Below, piece by piece: positions 54,716 through 64,000 of a stretch of 64,000 nucleotides of DNA (the first letter of the stretch is position 1; each line of letters begins with the position of its first letter). The translations under genes and the position numbers were made by a program. Source of the stretch: an uncultured Thermotogae bacterium (GTDB lineage Bacteria > Bipolaricaulota > Bipolaricaulia > UBA7950 > UBA9294); NCBI GenBank assembly GCA_964570515.1, contig CAZMYM010000007.1:9397-73396 (forward strand), written 5' to 3'. The notes below the pieces were generated by a model, which saw only the letters and a program-made list of their open reading frames with translations, ran no database searches and was not told the origin of the DNA.

Positions 54716-55252
54716 TCAGATCACGTAGCCCGGGTCGTCGTGTGGCTTCATCGTGATGACGACTTCTTCGCGCACCGACGTTCCCGCCGGGACCGACTGT
54801 CGCAGTGTGACGCAGGCCCCAATCCTGGCGTCGTCGCCGATGTCGATCGGCCCGAGCAGGGCCGAGTGCGCACCGAGCAGAACCCGGTCTCCGACCGCCG
54901 GATGCCGGCGCCCTCCGTTCGCCGCGATCCCGCCGAGCGTGACGCCCTGGTAGATCAAGACGTCGTCTCCAACGGTGGCCGTCTCTCCCATCACGACGGC
55001 CATTCCGTGATCGATCACCACGCGGCGCCCGAGCCGGGCACCGGGATGAATCTCAATGCCCGTCCGGCGGCGAACGACGTGGGAGATGTACCGGGCCAGC
55101 AGCTTCGCTCCACGAAGCCACAGCCAATGACTGATGCGGTGCTACCAGATTGCGCGCAATCCCGGATAGGCTAAGAGGATCTCGAGTGTCGAGCGGGCGG
55201 CCGGATCTCGCGCCTTCAGCGCCCGGATGTCTTCGCGAGCACGTCTAAGCAT
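54716..55252 (-). pseudogene. cysE: Serine O-acetyltransferase interrupted by an in-frame TAG (at 55142-55144)
   Basis: My translation of 55252->55145 gives '[36 protein letters not shown]', then TAG. The frame continues 'HRISHWLWLRGAKLLARYISHVVRRRTGIEIHPGARLGRRVVIDHGMAVVMGE...' with hexapeptide repeats down to 54716. Confidence 0.75.
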
Positions 55253-56180
55253 CGCCGCCCACCTCCCACAGCGAACTCGTCAAGTACTTCTCTCCTCCGT
55301 CGGGGAGGATCGTGACGATCACGGCGCCCTCGGAGTCCGGGCGTTCGGCGACCTCGAGCGTCGCCGCAAGCGCGGCGCCGGACGAGATCCCGGAGAAGAT
55401 CCCCTCACGCCGTGCCAGGTGTCGCATCCAACGCGCCGCGTCTTCGTCGGAGACGCGGATGATCTCGCTCAGGATGTCCCGCTCGAGGATGCTCGGCTCG
55501 AATCCGGCTCCGATCCCTTGGATCTTGTGCGGTCCCGCGCGACCCTCGGTCAGGAAAGGGGAACTCGACGGCTCGACGCCGATCACTCTCGCGTTCGGCT
55601 TCAGACGGTTGAGGAATCGCGCGATTCCCGTCACCGATCCGCCGGTCCCGATCCCGGCCACGACGATGTCCACTTCCCGGTCGGTGTCGTTCCAGATCTC
55701 GCGGGCCGTGGTCTCTTCGTGAATTCGCGGATTCGGTGGATTGTCGAACTGACCCAGGACGACGGCTCCCGACGTTTGCCCCGCAAGCCGATCGGCCTCT
55801 TCGATGGCGCCGCGCATTCCGTTTGCTCCGGGGGTTAGCACAAGCTCAGCCCCCAGCGCGATGAGGAGTCGCCTCCGCTCGATGCTCATCGTGTCCGGCA
55901 TCGTCAGGATCACGCGGTAGCTCTTCACGGCCCCGACCATCGCCAACGCGATCCCGGTGTTGCCCGAGGTGGGCTCGATGATCGTGCCGCCAGGCTGCAG
56001 TGCACCGCTTGCCTCCGCATCCTCAACCATCGACAGGGCGATTCGATCCTTGATGCTTCCGACCGGATTGAAGCGCTCCAGTTTCAGGTAGATGGCTCTT
56101 GCTCGGCCGGGACCCGCCGCGCCGAGATCCACGAGTGGTGTGTGCCCCACCAAATCGAGAACAGACGTTGCGATCTTCAT
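55245..56180 (-). CDS. cysK: Cysteine synthase A (O-acetylserine sulfhydrylase)
   Basis: 'GHTPLV...[13 protein letters not shown]...[12 protein letters not shown]'. Confidence 0.93.
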   Translation of the reverse strand: MKIATSVLDLVGHTPLVDLGAAGPGRARAIYLKLERFNPVGSIKDRIALSMVEDAEASGALQPGGTIIEPTSGNTGIALAMVGAVKSYRVILTMPDTMSIERRRLLIALGAELVLTPGANGMRGAIEEADRLAGQTSGAVVLGQFDNPPNPRIHEETTAREIWNDTDREVDIVVAGIGTGGSVTGIARFLNRLKPNARVIGVEPSSSPFLTEGRAGPHKIQGIGAGFEPSILERDILSEIIRVSDEDAARWMRHLARREGIFSGISSGAALAATLEVAERPDSEGAVIVTILPDGGEKYLTSSLWEVGGDA

Positions 56181-56484
56181 TGTTCCTCCTTCTGGAATGA
56201 ACGCGAGGCTGCGTCAAATGGGACTCGCCTCCGGGCCACGCGAGTAGCGCTCGAACGGGCTGCTGCCGGAATTGACGTGAGGGAGTCCGACGCTATCTGA
56301 GGAGTACTAGGCGATCGATGAGGTGAGCGCAGGACAAACGCAACCATCTCGGTACCGGAATCGGTCGTTCATGTCGCTCACCTCCGCGAGCAGTGAATGG
56401 GGCAGCGTACGTCGAAACGGTGACTGCGTCAAGACGACGGTGCCCGCCGTTCTGCGTTCGTTCTCGAATCAGCAGGTGACCGTT

Positions 56485-58104
56485 CTACTCCTTTTCTTCG
56501 CTGGTGGTGATCCGCCCCTCGATTTGGGGTGCGACGGCCGCGACCGCTTGCAGGTACTCGGCAAGGGCGTCCGAGAGCAGAAGCCCGGTGTCGTACCGCG
56601 AAGCTGCTTCGCCAAAAACATCATAGCCGTCGCCGCCGTCGGCGAGGTATTCGTTGGTCGCCAGGGTGTACGTCGCATCCGGATCGATCGACAGGAACTC
56701 GTTTGAATCGTGAGAGCGCACCTCGACGAACTCGATCCGTTCGCCGGACGGCGCGTCCGCAGAGAACCGGAATCGAAGTCCCGCAACTTGTGGGAACCGG
56801 CCCGCGCCCTCTTCCACCTGGCTGACGCTGTTTTCCAGCGCGGCCACAACTTGAGTGCCTGTCAGCTCGAGCACCGTAATCTCGTTGCCGTAGGGAAGGA
56901 CCTCGAGGACTTGTCCCATCGTGACCTCCCCCATCGGAACGCTCGCTCGGATTCCCCCGCCGTTCTGAATGACGACCTGAGCTCCGAAGGCTTCGGTCCG
57001 CCACAGCACGGCGTCGCAAACCAGGTTCCCGAGGTTCGTTTCCGTGCTCCGCACGGCCTCTGTCTCGCCATCAAGCCGGTTCTCCGTCGAGCCCACGACC
57101 TGTGTCTTCAGGGCGTCGATCGCCGCGGTGTACCCGTCGAGGAGGTCGACGACCCTCTCGTCCTCCGCGAGTGACTCCCCGATGAACAGGAGTTCGCCGG
57201 ACGCCTCCGCTACGACTCCCGCTTCGTCGAAGGTCACATCGAGACGGCCGAGCCGCTTTCCCCACTCGTGGGCTGTGACAACGTACACCGGCTCAGCGCG
57301 CGGCGAGAACTCAACCAGCGGATATGGTCCCTGAGAAGAGGCGCCGTCCCCGAGCAACGAGTGACTGTGCCCCCCGACGATGACGTCGATCCCCGCGACG
57401 GCGGTCGCCAGCACGAGGTCGACGGCGAGCCCAACGTGGGTCAGGGCGATGATCTTGTTGATTCCCAGTGCCTCGATGGCGCCGACCGTTGCCCGTGCTG
57501 CCGAGCTGATATCTTCAAACCGGACCAGCGGCCCAGGGCTTGATAACACGGCCGCTTCCTCGGTCGTCAGACCGAAGACGGCGACTTCCTCTCCATCGAA
57601 CTCGAACACCGTGAACGGCTCGATCAGGCCGGCCAGGTTCGGATCGCTCGACGCATCGATGTTTGCGGAGAGAATCGGGAATCCTGTTTGATCGATCAGA
57701 GCGGCCAGCTCGCTCGGTCCGGAGTCGAACTCGTGGTTCCCGATCACCATTGCGTCGTATCCGAGAGCGTTCATGACGTCGGCCACGCCCTTCGCGCCCC
57801 CGACGTGGAAGTAGAGCGTCCCCTGGAACTGGTCCCCCGCGTCGAGCAGCAGACTGTGCCCGACGACCTCACGGACATTGTCGATCGCCGTGGCCAGGCG
57901 GGCGACGCCTCCCTGGATAGGTTCGCCCCACGGCTCGACGGGCTCGTAGTGGGCGTGGAGGTCGTTTGTGTGCAGGATCGTAAGGTCGAACGTCTCAGGG
58001 GAGGGCAGCGCTTCGGACTGATCACGAAACGCGTCCAGCGCGGCGAACGTCAGTAGGCAGAGCGCGGCCGCCATGGCCAGTAGCTTCCATCCGAGTGGCT
58101 TCAT
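56485..58104 (-). CDS. Secreted bifunctional metallophosphatase/5'-nucleotidase (UshA-like)
   Basis: Signal peptide; 'ILHTNDLHAH', 'GDQFQGT', 'GNHEFD', 'GGHSH', and a C-terminal 5'-nucleotidase domain. Confidence 0.88.
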   Translation of the reverse strand: MKPLGWKLLAMAAALCLLTFAALDAFRDQSEALPSPETFDLTILHTNDLHAHYEPVEPWGEPIQGGVARLATAIDNVREVVGHSLLLDAGDQFQGTLYFHVGGAKGVADVMNALGYDAMVIGNHEFDSGPSELAALIDQTGFPILSANIDASSDPNLAGLIEPFTVFEFDGEEVAVFGLTTEEAAVLSSPGPLVRFEDISSAARATVGAIEALGINKIIALTHVGLAVDLVLATAVAGIDVIVGGHSHSLLGDGASSQGPYPLVEFSPRAEPVYVVTAHEWGKRLGRLDVTFDEAGVVAEASGELLFIGESLAEDERVVDLLDGYTAAIDALKTQVVGSTENRLDGETEAVRSTETNLGNLVCDAVLWRTEAFGAQVVIQNGGGIRASVPMGEVTMGQVLEVLPYGNEITVLELTGTQVVAALENSVSQVEEGAGRFPQVAGLRFRFSADAPSGERIEFVEVRSHDSNEFLSIDPDATYTLATNEYLADGGDGYDVFGEAASRYDTGLLLSDALAEYLQAVAAVAPQIEGRITTSEEKE

Positions 58105-58251
58105 GATCGCCTCCGTTGCTTTCTTCGCCGGGATCTTCCGAAGGAGAACGCATCCTCATGCCGATGATGCGAGTCCGGCGGCGCCCAGTCAAACCACTTC
58201 TCCGACTGCGCCCTTCTTTCCGACCTACCGCGGCAGCCGCCAAACACACCC

Positions 58252-58782
58252 GTGTCGGGAATCCTTCACACGAAACACACATCCGGCGGGCAAAATGAGT
58301 CTTGTGGCGTATCGTCTGCGCTCGAAACCTGCGAGCCAGTTCCGATAGATTCCTGGAGACTCCGGAGATGGGGCTTCCGTTATTGGGTGGTGGACGACCT
58401 GTACGAGACGACTTCCAGAGCGGCGGCAGAAGCGCCCGCCGTTTCTGCATTCTCCCTTGCCCCGGCAGTACGTTCCGCCCGATGGATCGGCGCGCTGCTC
58501 ACCAGCGGATGGCGACTCGCCAAAGCGCACGATCTCAATCCGTGGGTGTTCATAGGGATGTCGGCCGTCGGATGGGCCGTCCAGGGGATGGTCTACCTGC
58601 CTTGGTTCCAGGGAGACGATTGGCGGTTGGCGTTGCTGATTCTCTTGCGGCTGATTGCTCTCGTTGTTCCGGCCTATATTCTCCTGAAGGGGAAGAAGAT
58701 CGCCCTTGCGTTCAACACGTCGATCGCCCTGATGTTTGCCGCCAACACCACGTGGCACGTCTGCTACTACGTATTCCTGTAG
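58252..58782 (+). CDS. Hypothetical small membrane protein (start uncertain)
   Basis: The C-terminal ~110 aa contain 3-4 hydrophobic segments; the N-terminal part of the ORF looks non-coding. Confidence 0.4.
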   Translation: MSGILHTKHTSGGQNESCGVSSALETCEPVPIDSWRLRRWGFRYWVVDDLYETTSRAAAEAPAVSAFSLAPAVRSARWIGALLTSGWRLAKAHDLNPWVFIGMSAVGWAVQGMVYLPWFQGDDWRLALLILLRLIALVVPAYILLKGKKIALAFNTSIALMFAANTTWHVCYYVFL

Positions 58783-58790
58783 TCCACGAC

Positions 58791-59354
58791 TCAGACCCGG
58801 AAGCGCTCCTCACGCCAGGGATCCCCTCGATCGTGATACCCTCGCTCCTCCCAGAAACCTCGCTGTCGGTGGGCGAGGAATTCGATCTCGTGGACGTACT
58901 TGGCGCTCTTCCACGCGTACAACGCCGGGATCACAAGCCGAATCGGCTCCCCGTGCTCTCTGGGAAGCGGTTCGTCGTTCATTCTGTAGGCAAGGAGGGA
59001 GTCCGGACGACGGAAGTCCTCGATGGGCACGTTCGTCGTGTAACCGTCCCTCCCACGAACGATTACCCACCGCGCCTCCGGATTGGGTGAGACACGATCC
59101 GCGAGATCCCGCGTCCCCACGCCCTCCCACACGATGTCCTTGACGCTCCACGCGGTGACGCAATGGAAGTCCCGCTCGAGTCTAGCGCACGGCATCGTCA
59201 TGATCTCTTCCCAACAGAGCGTCACGGGATCCTTGACCGCACCGAAGACACGGAGCCGGAAGGCGTCAAGCTCGACAAGCGGGACCGGCCCGATGCTGTA
59301 AACGATCGGCTTCTTCAACCAGCGTTGTCCTGGCGGCAGGCGTTCGAGCGTCAT
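58791..59354 (-). CDS. Sulfite-oxidase-family molybdopterin oxidoreductase (short, YuiH/MsrP-like, no signal peptide)
   Basis: 'DFHCVTAWSVKDIVWEGV', 'DGYTTNVP', 'EHGEPIRLVIPALYAWKSAKYV'. The ATG at 59354 is preceded by GGGAGGAGG. Confidence 0.85.
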   Translation of the reverse strand: MTLERLPPGQRWLKKPIVYSIGPVPLVELDAFRLRVFGAVKDPVTLCWEEIMTMPCARLERDFHCVTAWSVKDIVWEGVGTRDLADRVSPNPEARWVIVRGRDGYTTNVPIEDFRRPDSLLAYRMNDEPLPREHGEPIRLVIPALYAWKSAKYVHEIEFLAHRQRGFWEERGYHDRGDPWREERFRV

Positions 59355-59788
59355 CTGACCTCCTCCCGTGCAGTTCAAGCAGTCTAGCCGATTCCAGACG
59401 GCGAACACCGCGTAGCCCGACAGGGGCTCTGCTGTCGAGATCGGACCGGGTTGGGAGATCGCGGGCCGGATTCACGACGAACTCGCCCAGCATCAGCTTC
59501 ATCGCATTCGAGTTGCTGCGGCGTTGATCGAGGAATCGCGAAGGGAACGCGGCTGACGCCCGGCGGGCGTCACGGCCTGGTCGGTGACGGGAGCGGGTCC
59601 GATCCGGTCGCATGGGTCGGCCGATCCATTGCGGCCAGGTGTGACGTCGCCGGGCTGAAGTGTTGCTCCATGCGTCTCACCCCTTCCTGTTGAGAGTTGC
59701 CTCTCCCGAAGGAGACCCAGCGCCAGTATAGGCCGCGCGATCCGAAGGTCAAGACCCACAGAAGACAAAAGGCCAAGCCGGCAATGTC

Positions 59789-60325
59789 CTAGCTCGCGGC
59801 CCTCGATCCGCGGTAGGCATCCTCGCTGAGGACGAATCGTCTCACGACCATCTCGAAGTACTCGGTCTCCTCGACGAACCGCAGCCCGAGCTTCTCGATG
59901 AGCCGTTGTGACGCGACGTTCTCGGGGTGGGCGAGGGCGATGATCTCCTCAAGTCCGACGGTCTCGAAGCCGAACTCGATCCCGGCGCGGCCCGCCTCCG
60001 TCGTCAGCCCTAGCCCCCAGTAGCTCTTGTCGAGGAGGAAGCCGATCTCCGTTTCATCCGTTTCCGGCAGGTACTGGAGGCCGTTCCAGCCGAGAAGCTT
60101 GCCCGTCTCCTTCAACTCGACCGCCCACCAAGCATAGCCGATCTCGTCCCACTGCTTGATCTGGCGGGCGACGAACGTCTGCGCCTTCTCCAGCGACGGG
60201 CTTCCCGGACCCGGGAAGTACTTCAGGATGTCCTCCTGGTTCAGAATCCGGTGCAGGTCAGCCGCGTCGTCCTCGGTGAACGGTCGCAGGACCAGTCGCT
60301 TGGTCATCACGATTGGCGTCTTCAT
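59789..60325 (-). CDS. GNAT acetyltransferase (RimJ/RimL-like)
   Basis: 'TKRLVLRPFTEDDAADL...' and 'GYAWWAVELKETGKLLGWNGL'. Confidence 0.85.
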   Translation of the reverse strand: MKTPIVMTKRLVLRPFTEDDAADLHRILNQEDILKYFPGPGSPSLEKAQTFVARQIKQWDEIGYAWWAVELKETGKLLGWNGLQYLPETDETEIGFLLDKSYWGLGLTTEAGRAGIEFGFETVGLEEIIALAHPENVASQRLIEKLGLRFVEETEYFEMVVRRFVLSEDAYRGSRAAS

Positions 60326-60395
60326 TCAGCCTCCTCGAGTGGAACGGGATCGTTCGCGTGTCTTTCAAACGCTCAACGTCGGTTCGATCGCGCGC

Positions 60396-62441
60396 TCAGC
60401 CCGGCCCGGCCTCCCACATCCGTCGAACCCGCTCGGCCACGTCGACATCCACGTCGAGCGGACGACCAGGATCCGGCTCCTCCGGCGGAGCCAGACTCTC
60501 GTTGTCGACCGTCTCCAGCACGTAGGGCGTGAAGAATCGGCACAGCTGCGCGTAGCTGTGCGAGTTGCTGAGCGCGTACCACTTGTGGTAGTAGCGAAAC
60601 GGCCACGTGACGTAAAGGAAGTCCTTGGCGCGCGTCAGCGCGACGTAGGTCAACCGAAGCTCCTCATCGAGCTCCTCTTCCGAACCTGCGGCCATATCGG
60701 ACGGCAAGAAGCCGTCGGCCGCGTGGATGAGGAAGACCACGTCCCACTCGCAGCCCTTCGCGGAGTGAATCGTCGACAGGACGAGCCAATCCTCGTCTTT
60801 CATCGGCGGGCCGGCGAGATCGCCCGTCGAAGAAGGGGGGTTGAGCTGAAGGTCGACGAGAAACTGGCGGCGGGATCGATACCCGGCTGCGATCTGTTCC
60901 AGGCTGATCAGGTCGCGCTTGCGGACCGTCGGGTTCTCGTACGTTCGCTCGAGGATTGGATCATAGAACCTGCGGATTCGCTCGACCTGAATCGCGGGCT
61001 CCCGGACGCCCATCGGCGCGAGCTCCTCGACCAGCTTGCTGAACGACGCCATGATGTCCCTCGCCGCCGGGGGCGAGGGGAAGGTTCCGATCGATCGCGG
61101 GTCGTTCCGGTGCTCGGCGATGTGGTCGGTGATCTTCGACGCGGTTGACGGGCCAATTCCATCGAACAACTCGAGGACGCGATACCAGGCCAACTCGTCG
61201 CGCGGATTCTCCATCAGCCGCAGGAAGGCGACCAAATCCTTGACGTGCGCCGCTTCAAGGAACCTCAAGCCGCCGTACTTGTGGTACGGGATGTTCCGCC
61301 GTGTCAGCTCGAGTTCGAGCGAGTCCGACAAGTGGCCTGCGCGGAAGAGTACGGCCTGCCGGCGGAGCGGAATCCCTTGTTCGTAGTGCGTCAGAACTCG
61401 ATCGATCACATACTCGTCCTGCTCCGACTCGTCCTGACACGTGACGAGTCTTGGCAGCTGGGCGCCGCCCCGCTCCGACCAGAGATCCTTCGTGTACCGC
61501 TCTTTCGCCGCGGCAATGAGGCGGTTGGCTGTCTCCAAGATTGGCGAGATCGATCGGTAGTTCTGCTCCAGCGTGACGATCGTCGTTCCCGGAAACTGAT
61601 CCGGGAAGTCGAGAATGTTGCGCACCGTCGCTCCGCGGAACCGGTAGATGCTCTGTGCGTCGTCGCCGACGACCATGATGTTGTTCGAAGTCGTCCGCAT
61701 CCCTCGAAGAATCTCTGCCTGAAGATGATTCGTGTCCTGATACTCGTCGACGAGAATATGCTCGAAGCGCCCGGACAGCTCGGCTGCCGCCGACTTGTCG
61801 GCGACCAGCTGCGCCCAATACAGCAAGAGATCGTCAAAATCGAGGACGTTGCGCTCCTGCTTGCGTGTGACGTAGCGGCCGAAGATCTCGCGCAGCTCCG
61901 ATTCCCACTCAATGCACCACGGGTAATCGCGCTCGATCACGCGGTGCAGATCGTCCGACGTGTTGATACACCGCGAGTAGATGCCCACGCACGTTCGCTT
62001 GCGCGGAAACCGCTTCTCCATCTTATGGAGACCCATGTCATGGCGGATCAGGTTCATCAGATTCTCGGCGTCCCCCTGGTCGAGAACGGTGAAGTCCTTG
62101 CGCAGGCCGACGGCCTTGACGTGCGTGCGAAGCAACCGATTGGCGATCGAGTGGAACGTCCCGCCCCAGACGCGACCGGTCGCCGACGTGCCTCGCGCGA
62201 CGACGTTCGCCGCACGGTGGAGCATCTCATGCGCCGCGCGACGCGTGAACGTGAGAAGCAGGATTCGGCCCGGATCGACGCCCTGTGAGATCAAGTAGGC
62301 GACGCGGTAGGCGAGGGTCTTCGTCTTCCCGGTCCCCGCGCCGGCAACGACGAGAAGCGGCCCGTCGCGATGCGTCACGGCCGCTTGTTGCTCGGCGTTC
62401 AGATCGTCGAGCCAGGAGAGATCTTGCCCACCCGGAGTCAT
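60396..62441 (-). CDS. UvrD/Rep/PcrA-family SF1 DNA helicase
   Basis: 'LNAEQQAAVTHRDGPLLVVAGAGTGKTKTL', 'ILVDEYQDTN', 'VGDDAQSIYRFRGA', 'LEQNYRS', 'TIHSAKGCEWDVVFL'. Start trimmed to ATG 62441. Confidence 0.9.
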   Translation of the reverse strand: MTPGGQDLSWLDDLNAEQQAAVTHRDGPLLVVAGAGTGKTKTLAYRVAYLISQGVDPGRILLLTFTRRAAHEMLHRAANVVARGTSATGRVWGGTFHSIANRLLRTHVKAVGLRKDFTVLDQGDAENLMNLIRHDMGLHKMEKRFPRKRTCVGIYSRCINTSDDLHRVIERDYPWCIEWESELREIFGRYVTRKQERNVLDFDDLLLYWAQLVADKSAAAELSGRFEHILVDEYQDTNHLQAEILRGMRTTSNNIMVVGDDAQSIYRFRGATVRNILDFPDQFPGTTIVTLEQNYRSISPILETANRLIAAAKERYTKDLWSERGGAQLPRLVTCQDESEQDEYVIDRVLTHYEQGIPLRRQAVLFRAGHLSDSLELELTRRNIPYHKYGGLRFLEAAHVKDLVAFLRLMENPRDELAWYRVLELFDGIGPSTASKITDHIAEHRNDPRSIGTFPSPPAARDIMASFSKLVEELAPMGVREPAIQVERIRRFYDPILERTYENPTVRKRDLISLEQIAAGYRSRRQFLVDLQLNPPSSTGDLAGPPMKDEDWLVLSTIHSAKGCEWDVVFLIHAADGFLPSDMAAGSEEELDEELRLTYVALTRAKDFLYVTWPFRYYHKWYALSNSHSYAQLCRFFTPYVLETVDNESLAPPEEPDPGRPLDVDVDVAERVRRMWEAGPG

Positions 62442-62549
62442 GCGTTTACTGTAGCGGATCGGCCGCCGCTCGGCGAGGAACGTGCCTCGCATCCGGGCGC
62501 CTGGTAGGATGGCGTACGGTCGGATTTCCAGGGAAGGAGGAAGCGTGCT

Positions 62550-63608
62550 ATGGACATCGCGGTGATCGGCCCATGCGGCGACGTGGGGCGTCAGATTGTG
62601 CAGCAGGTGGTCGTGGAGCGCCTGCTCGCGTGTGACGAGCGCTTGGTCCTCGTCGCTAATCCGGATGGCGCTAGTGCACGTAGCGTCCACGGTCTCGTCG
62701 CCGACTTGATGGACGCCTACGCGGAGATTGCACCGAGCTTCGAGGTTGTCTTGGATCCCGCCGAGATTCGAGCGGACTTGATTGTCGAGGCGGCAGGCGC
62801 CACGCCGGCTGCGACACTCCGCGACGCGCCTCTGTCGCGTGACGCGCTCGCCGAGCGCAATGCGCCGATCTTCGATGCACATGCTCGCGCGATTGCCGAG
62901 AACGGCCATGGGCAGGAGATTGCCGTCTGCATCGCCAATCCGAATGAACTGGCCGTCGCGCTATTCGCCAAACACCTTGGCCGTCAGCGCGTCATTGGCA
63001 TGGGCGCGTTCCTCGACTCTCTCCGGTTTCGTCAGGAAATCGCGATCGACCTCGGCATTCGCAGACAGCGTATCCATGCCTTCATCGCAGGCGAGCACGG
63101 CGCGTCGATCGTTCCCCTGTGGAGCAACGTTCACGTCTACGGATTCACGGACGATGAGCTGCAACGGGAACTCAAGCGCATCCGACGGGGCGTCGACGCG
63201 GCGAACTTCCCGGCGGCCCTGCAGAACGCACAATCCGAGGTGCAGAGCCTGCTTGTCGCCGGTCGCATTCGAGAGGCGTACGCATTGGTTGACGGGTTTC
63301 CGCCGGACGTGCGGCTCGTTGTGCGCCCGTTCGTTACGCACTACAGCGGTGCGAAAACCGTGATCGGCACAGCGCGGGCGACGATGGAGTTCATCCGAAC
63401 CATCACGCTCGGCGCGGATGCGCTCATCTCGGGGCAGGTCGCCCTGGACGGCGAAGCGTACGGAATCCGGGGAACCATCGGCGTGCCGTTCGTCGTCGGG
63501 AACCGGGGGGTCGATCGCGTGTTCGAGCTTCCTTTGGAAGCATCCGAGCGCGCCTGTCTCTGCGAGAGAGCGGCCGAAGTGCAGGCGAAGATCGAGCCCT
63601 ATCTGTGA
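62550..63608 (+). CDS. Lactate/malate dehydrogenase-family oxidoreductase
   Basis: 'MDIAVIGPCGDVGRQI' Rossmann fold, 'IANPNE', 'GEHGAS'. Confidence 0.8.
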   Translation: MDIAVIGPCGDVGRQIVQQVVVERLLACDERLVLVANPDGASARSVHGLVADLMDAYAEIAPSFEVVLDPAEIRADLIVEAAGATPAATLRDAPLSRDALAERNAPIFDAHARAIAENGHGQEIAVCIANPNELAVALFAKHLGRQRVIGMGAFLDSLRFRQEIAIDLGIRRQRIHAFIAGEHGASIVPLWSNVHVYGFTDDELQRELKRIRRGVDAANFPAALQNAQSEVQSLLVAGRIREAYALVDGFPPDVRLVVRPFVTHYSGAKTVIGTARATMEFIRTITLGADALISGQVALDGEAYGIRGTIGVPFVVGNRGVDRVFELPLEASERACLCERAAEVQAKIEPYL

Positions 63609-63641
63609 CGCCTTTCCCCTCAGATCTCCCGACCTCGTGTT

Positions 63642-64000
63642 CTACCGATTCGCGCAGTTCGCTTCCCACTCGACGAACAGCTCGCCAATCTTCGGCAGGC
63701 TCGTCCACTGGACGTACCCCGCTTCGACGAGCGGCTTGACCAACTGGGTCAGCGTCTCTTCCCAATAGGCAAGATCCTGGAGGAAGGCATCCCCGTAGCT
63801 CACCTCACCCGTCCTCGGGTCGACGACAATGTAGTCCTCGTCGCTCTCCGGCTCGAAGTGCCCGGCGTGCGTCACGATGTAGAACGTGTTGACTCGATCC
63901 GCGTCGGCGTGGGAGATCACCTGCGCGAGCATCGCAGCCAGCCGCTCATGAACGAACTCGGGATGTCGCGTGATCGCCTGCCCCCAACCGGGGATGAAGA
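63642..64000 (-). CDS. Partial hypothetical protein (5' end beyond the window)
   Basis: The frame is open to nt 64000 ('...FIPGWGQAITRHPEFVHERLAAMLAQV...'). I recognise no family. Confidence 0.45.
   Translation of the reverse strand, partial: FIPGWGQAITRHPEFVHERLAAMLAQVISHADADRVNTFYIVTHAGHFEPESDEDYIVVDPRTGEVSYGDAFLQDLAYWEETLTQLVKPLVEAGYVQWTSLPKIGELFVEWEANCANR

Noticed and set aside
56181-56484. Riboswitch (SAM-type) in the ~300-nt cysK upstream region
   Set aside because: The minus-strand leader shows no SAM-I/II core sequences by eye. The region probably just holds the terminator of the nucleotidase gene and the cysK promoter. An Rfam scan would settle it.
59355-59788. Molybdenum-cofactor riboswitch upstream of the sulfite-oxidase-family gene
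   Set aside because: The conserved Moco-motif core could not be found on the relevant strand.
61245-62288. 347-aa plus-strand ORF
   Set aside because: It is antisense to the UvrD-family helicase, whose seven helicase motifs are on the minus strand.

Overview
GC-rich, tightly packed bacterial chromosomal segment. C-terminal-Phe beta-barrel proteins suggest a diderm, and it may come from an uncultured lineage. Most of the window is housekeeping. 5-13.3 kb holds metG, rplU, a Prp-like gene, rpmA, obg, nadD, infC-rpmI-rplT, folB-folK and an RNase E/G gene. This is followed by tRNA-Val, ribD-rpe, RNase P RNA (rnpB), ybaB-dnaX and tRNA-Pro. Further genes are mutL, a TPP-riboswitch-controlled thiamine salvage/uptake operon, cysK-cysE, lepB, a UvrD-like helicase and an Ldh/Mdh-family dehydrogenase. 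The accessory-looking content is: (i) a 1334-aa outer-membrane beta-propeller/beta-barrel protein at the left edge; (ii) a seven-gene, translationally coupled MoxR/DUF58/VWA operon (20.3-30.2 kb); (iii) a 205-aa tyrosine recombinase lacking an N-terminal domain, with a perfect 28-bp dif/lox-like palindrome about 125 bp upstream, next to an HD-hydrolase plus HTH/coiled-coil gene pair (30.3-32.4 kb); (iv) an amino-acid/opine-type catabolic neighbourhood (40.4-51.4 kb). Smaller oddities are a PDZ-like insertion in signal peptidase I, a Prp homologue lacking its catalytic residues beside an L27 with no propeptide, an in-frame TAG in cysE, and a terminator-like hairpin in the symporter leader. I found no CRISPR array, transposase, reverse transcriptase or recognisable defence genes. 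The best candidate for something undescribed is the minimal recombinase plus palindromic site module, followed by the extended MoxR operon. All functional calls rest on motif recognition by eye, with no database searches.
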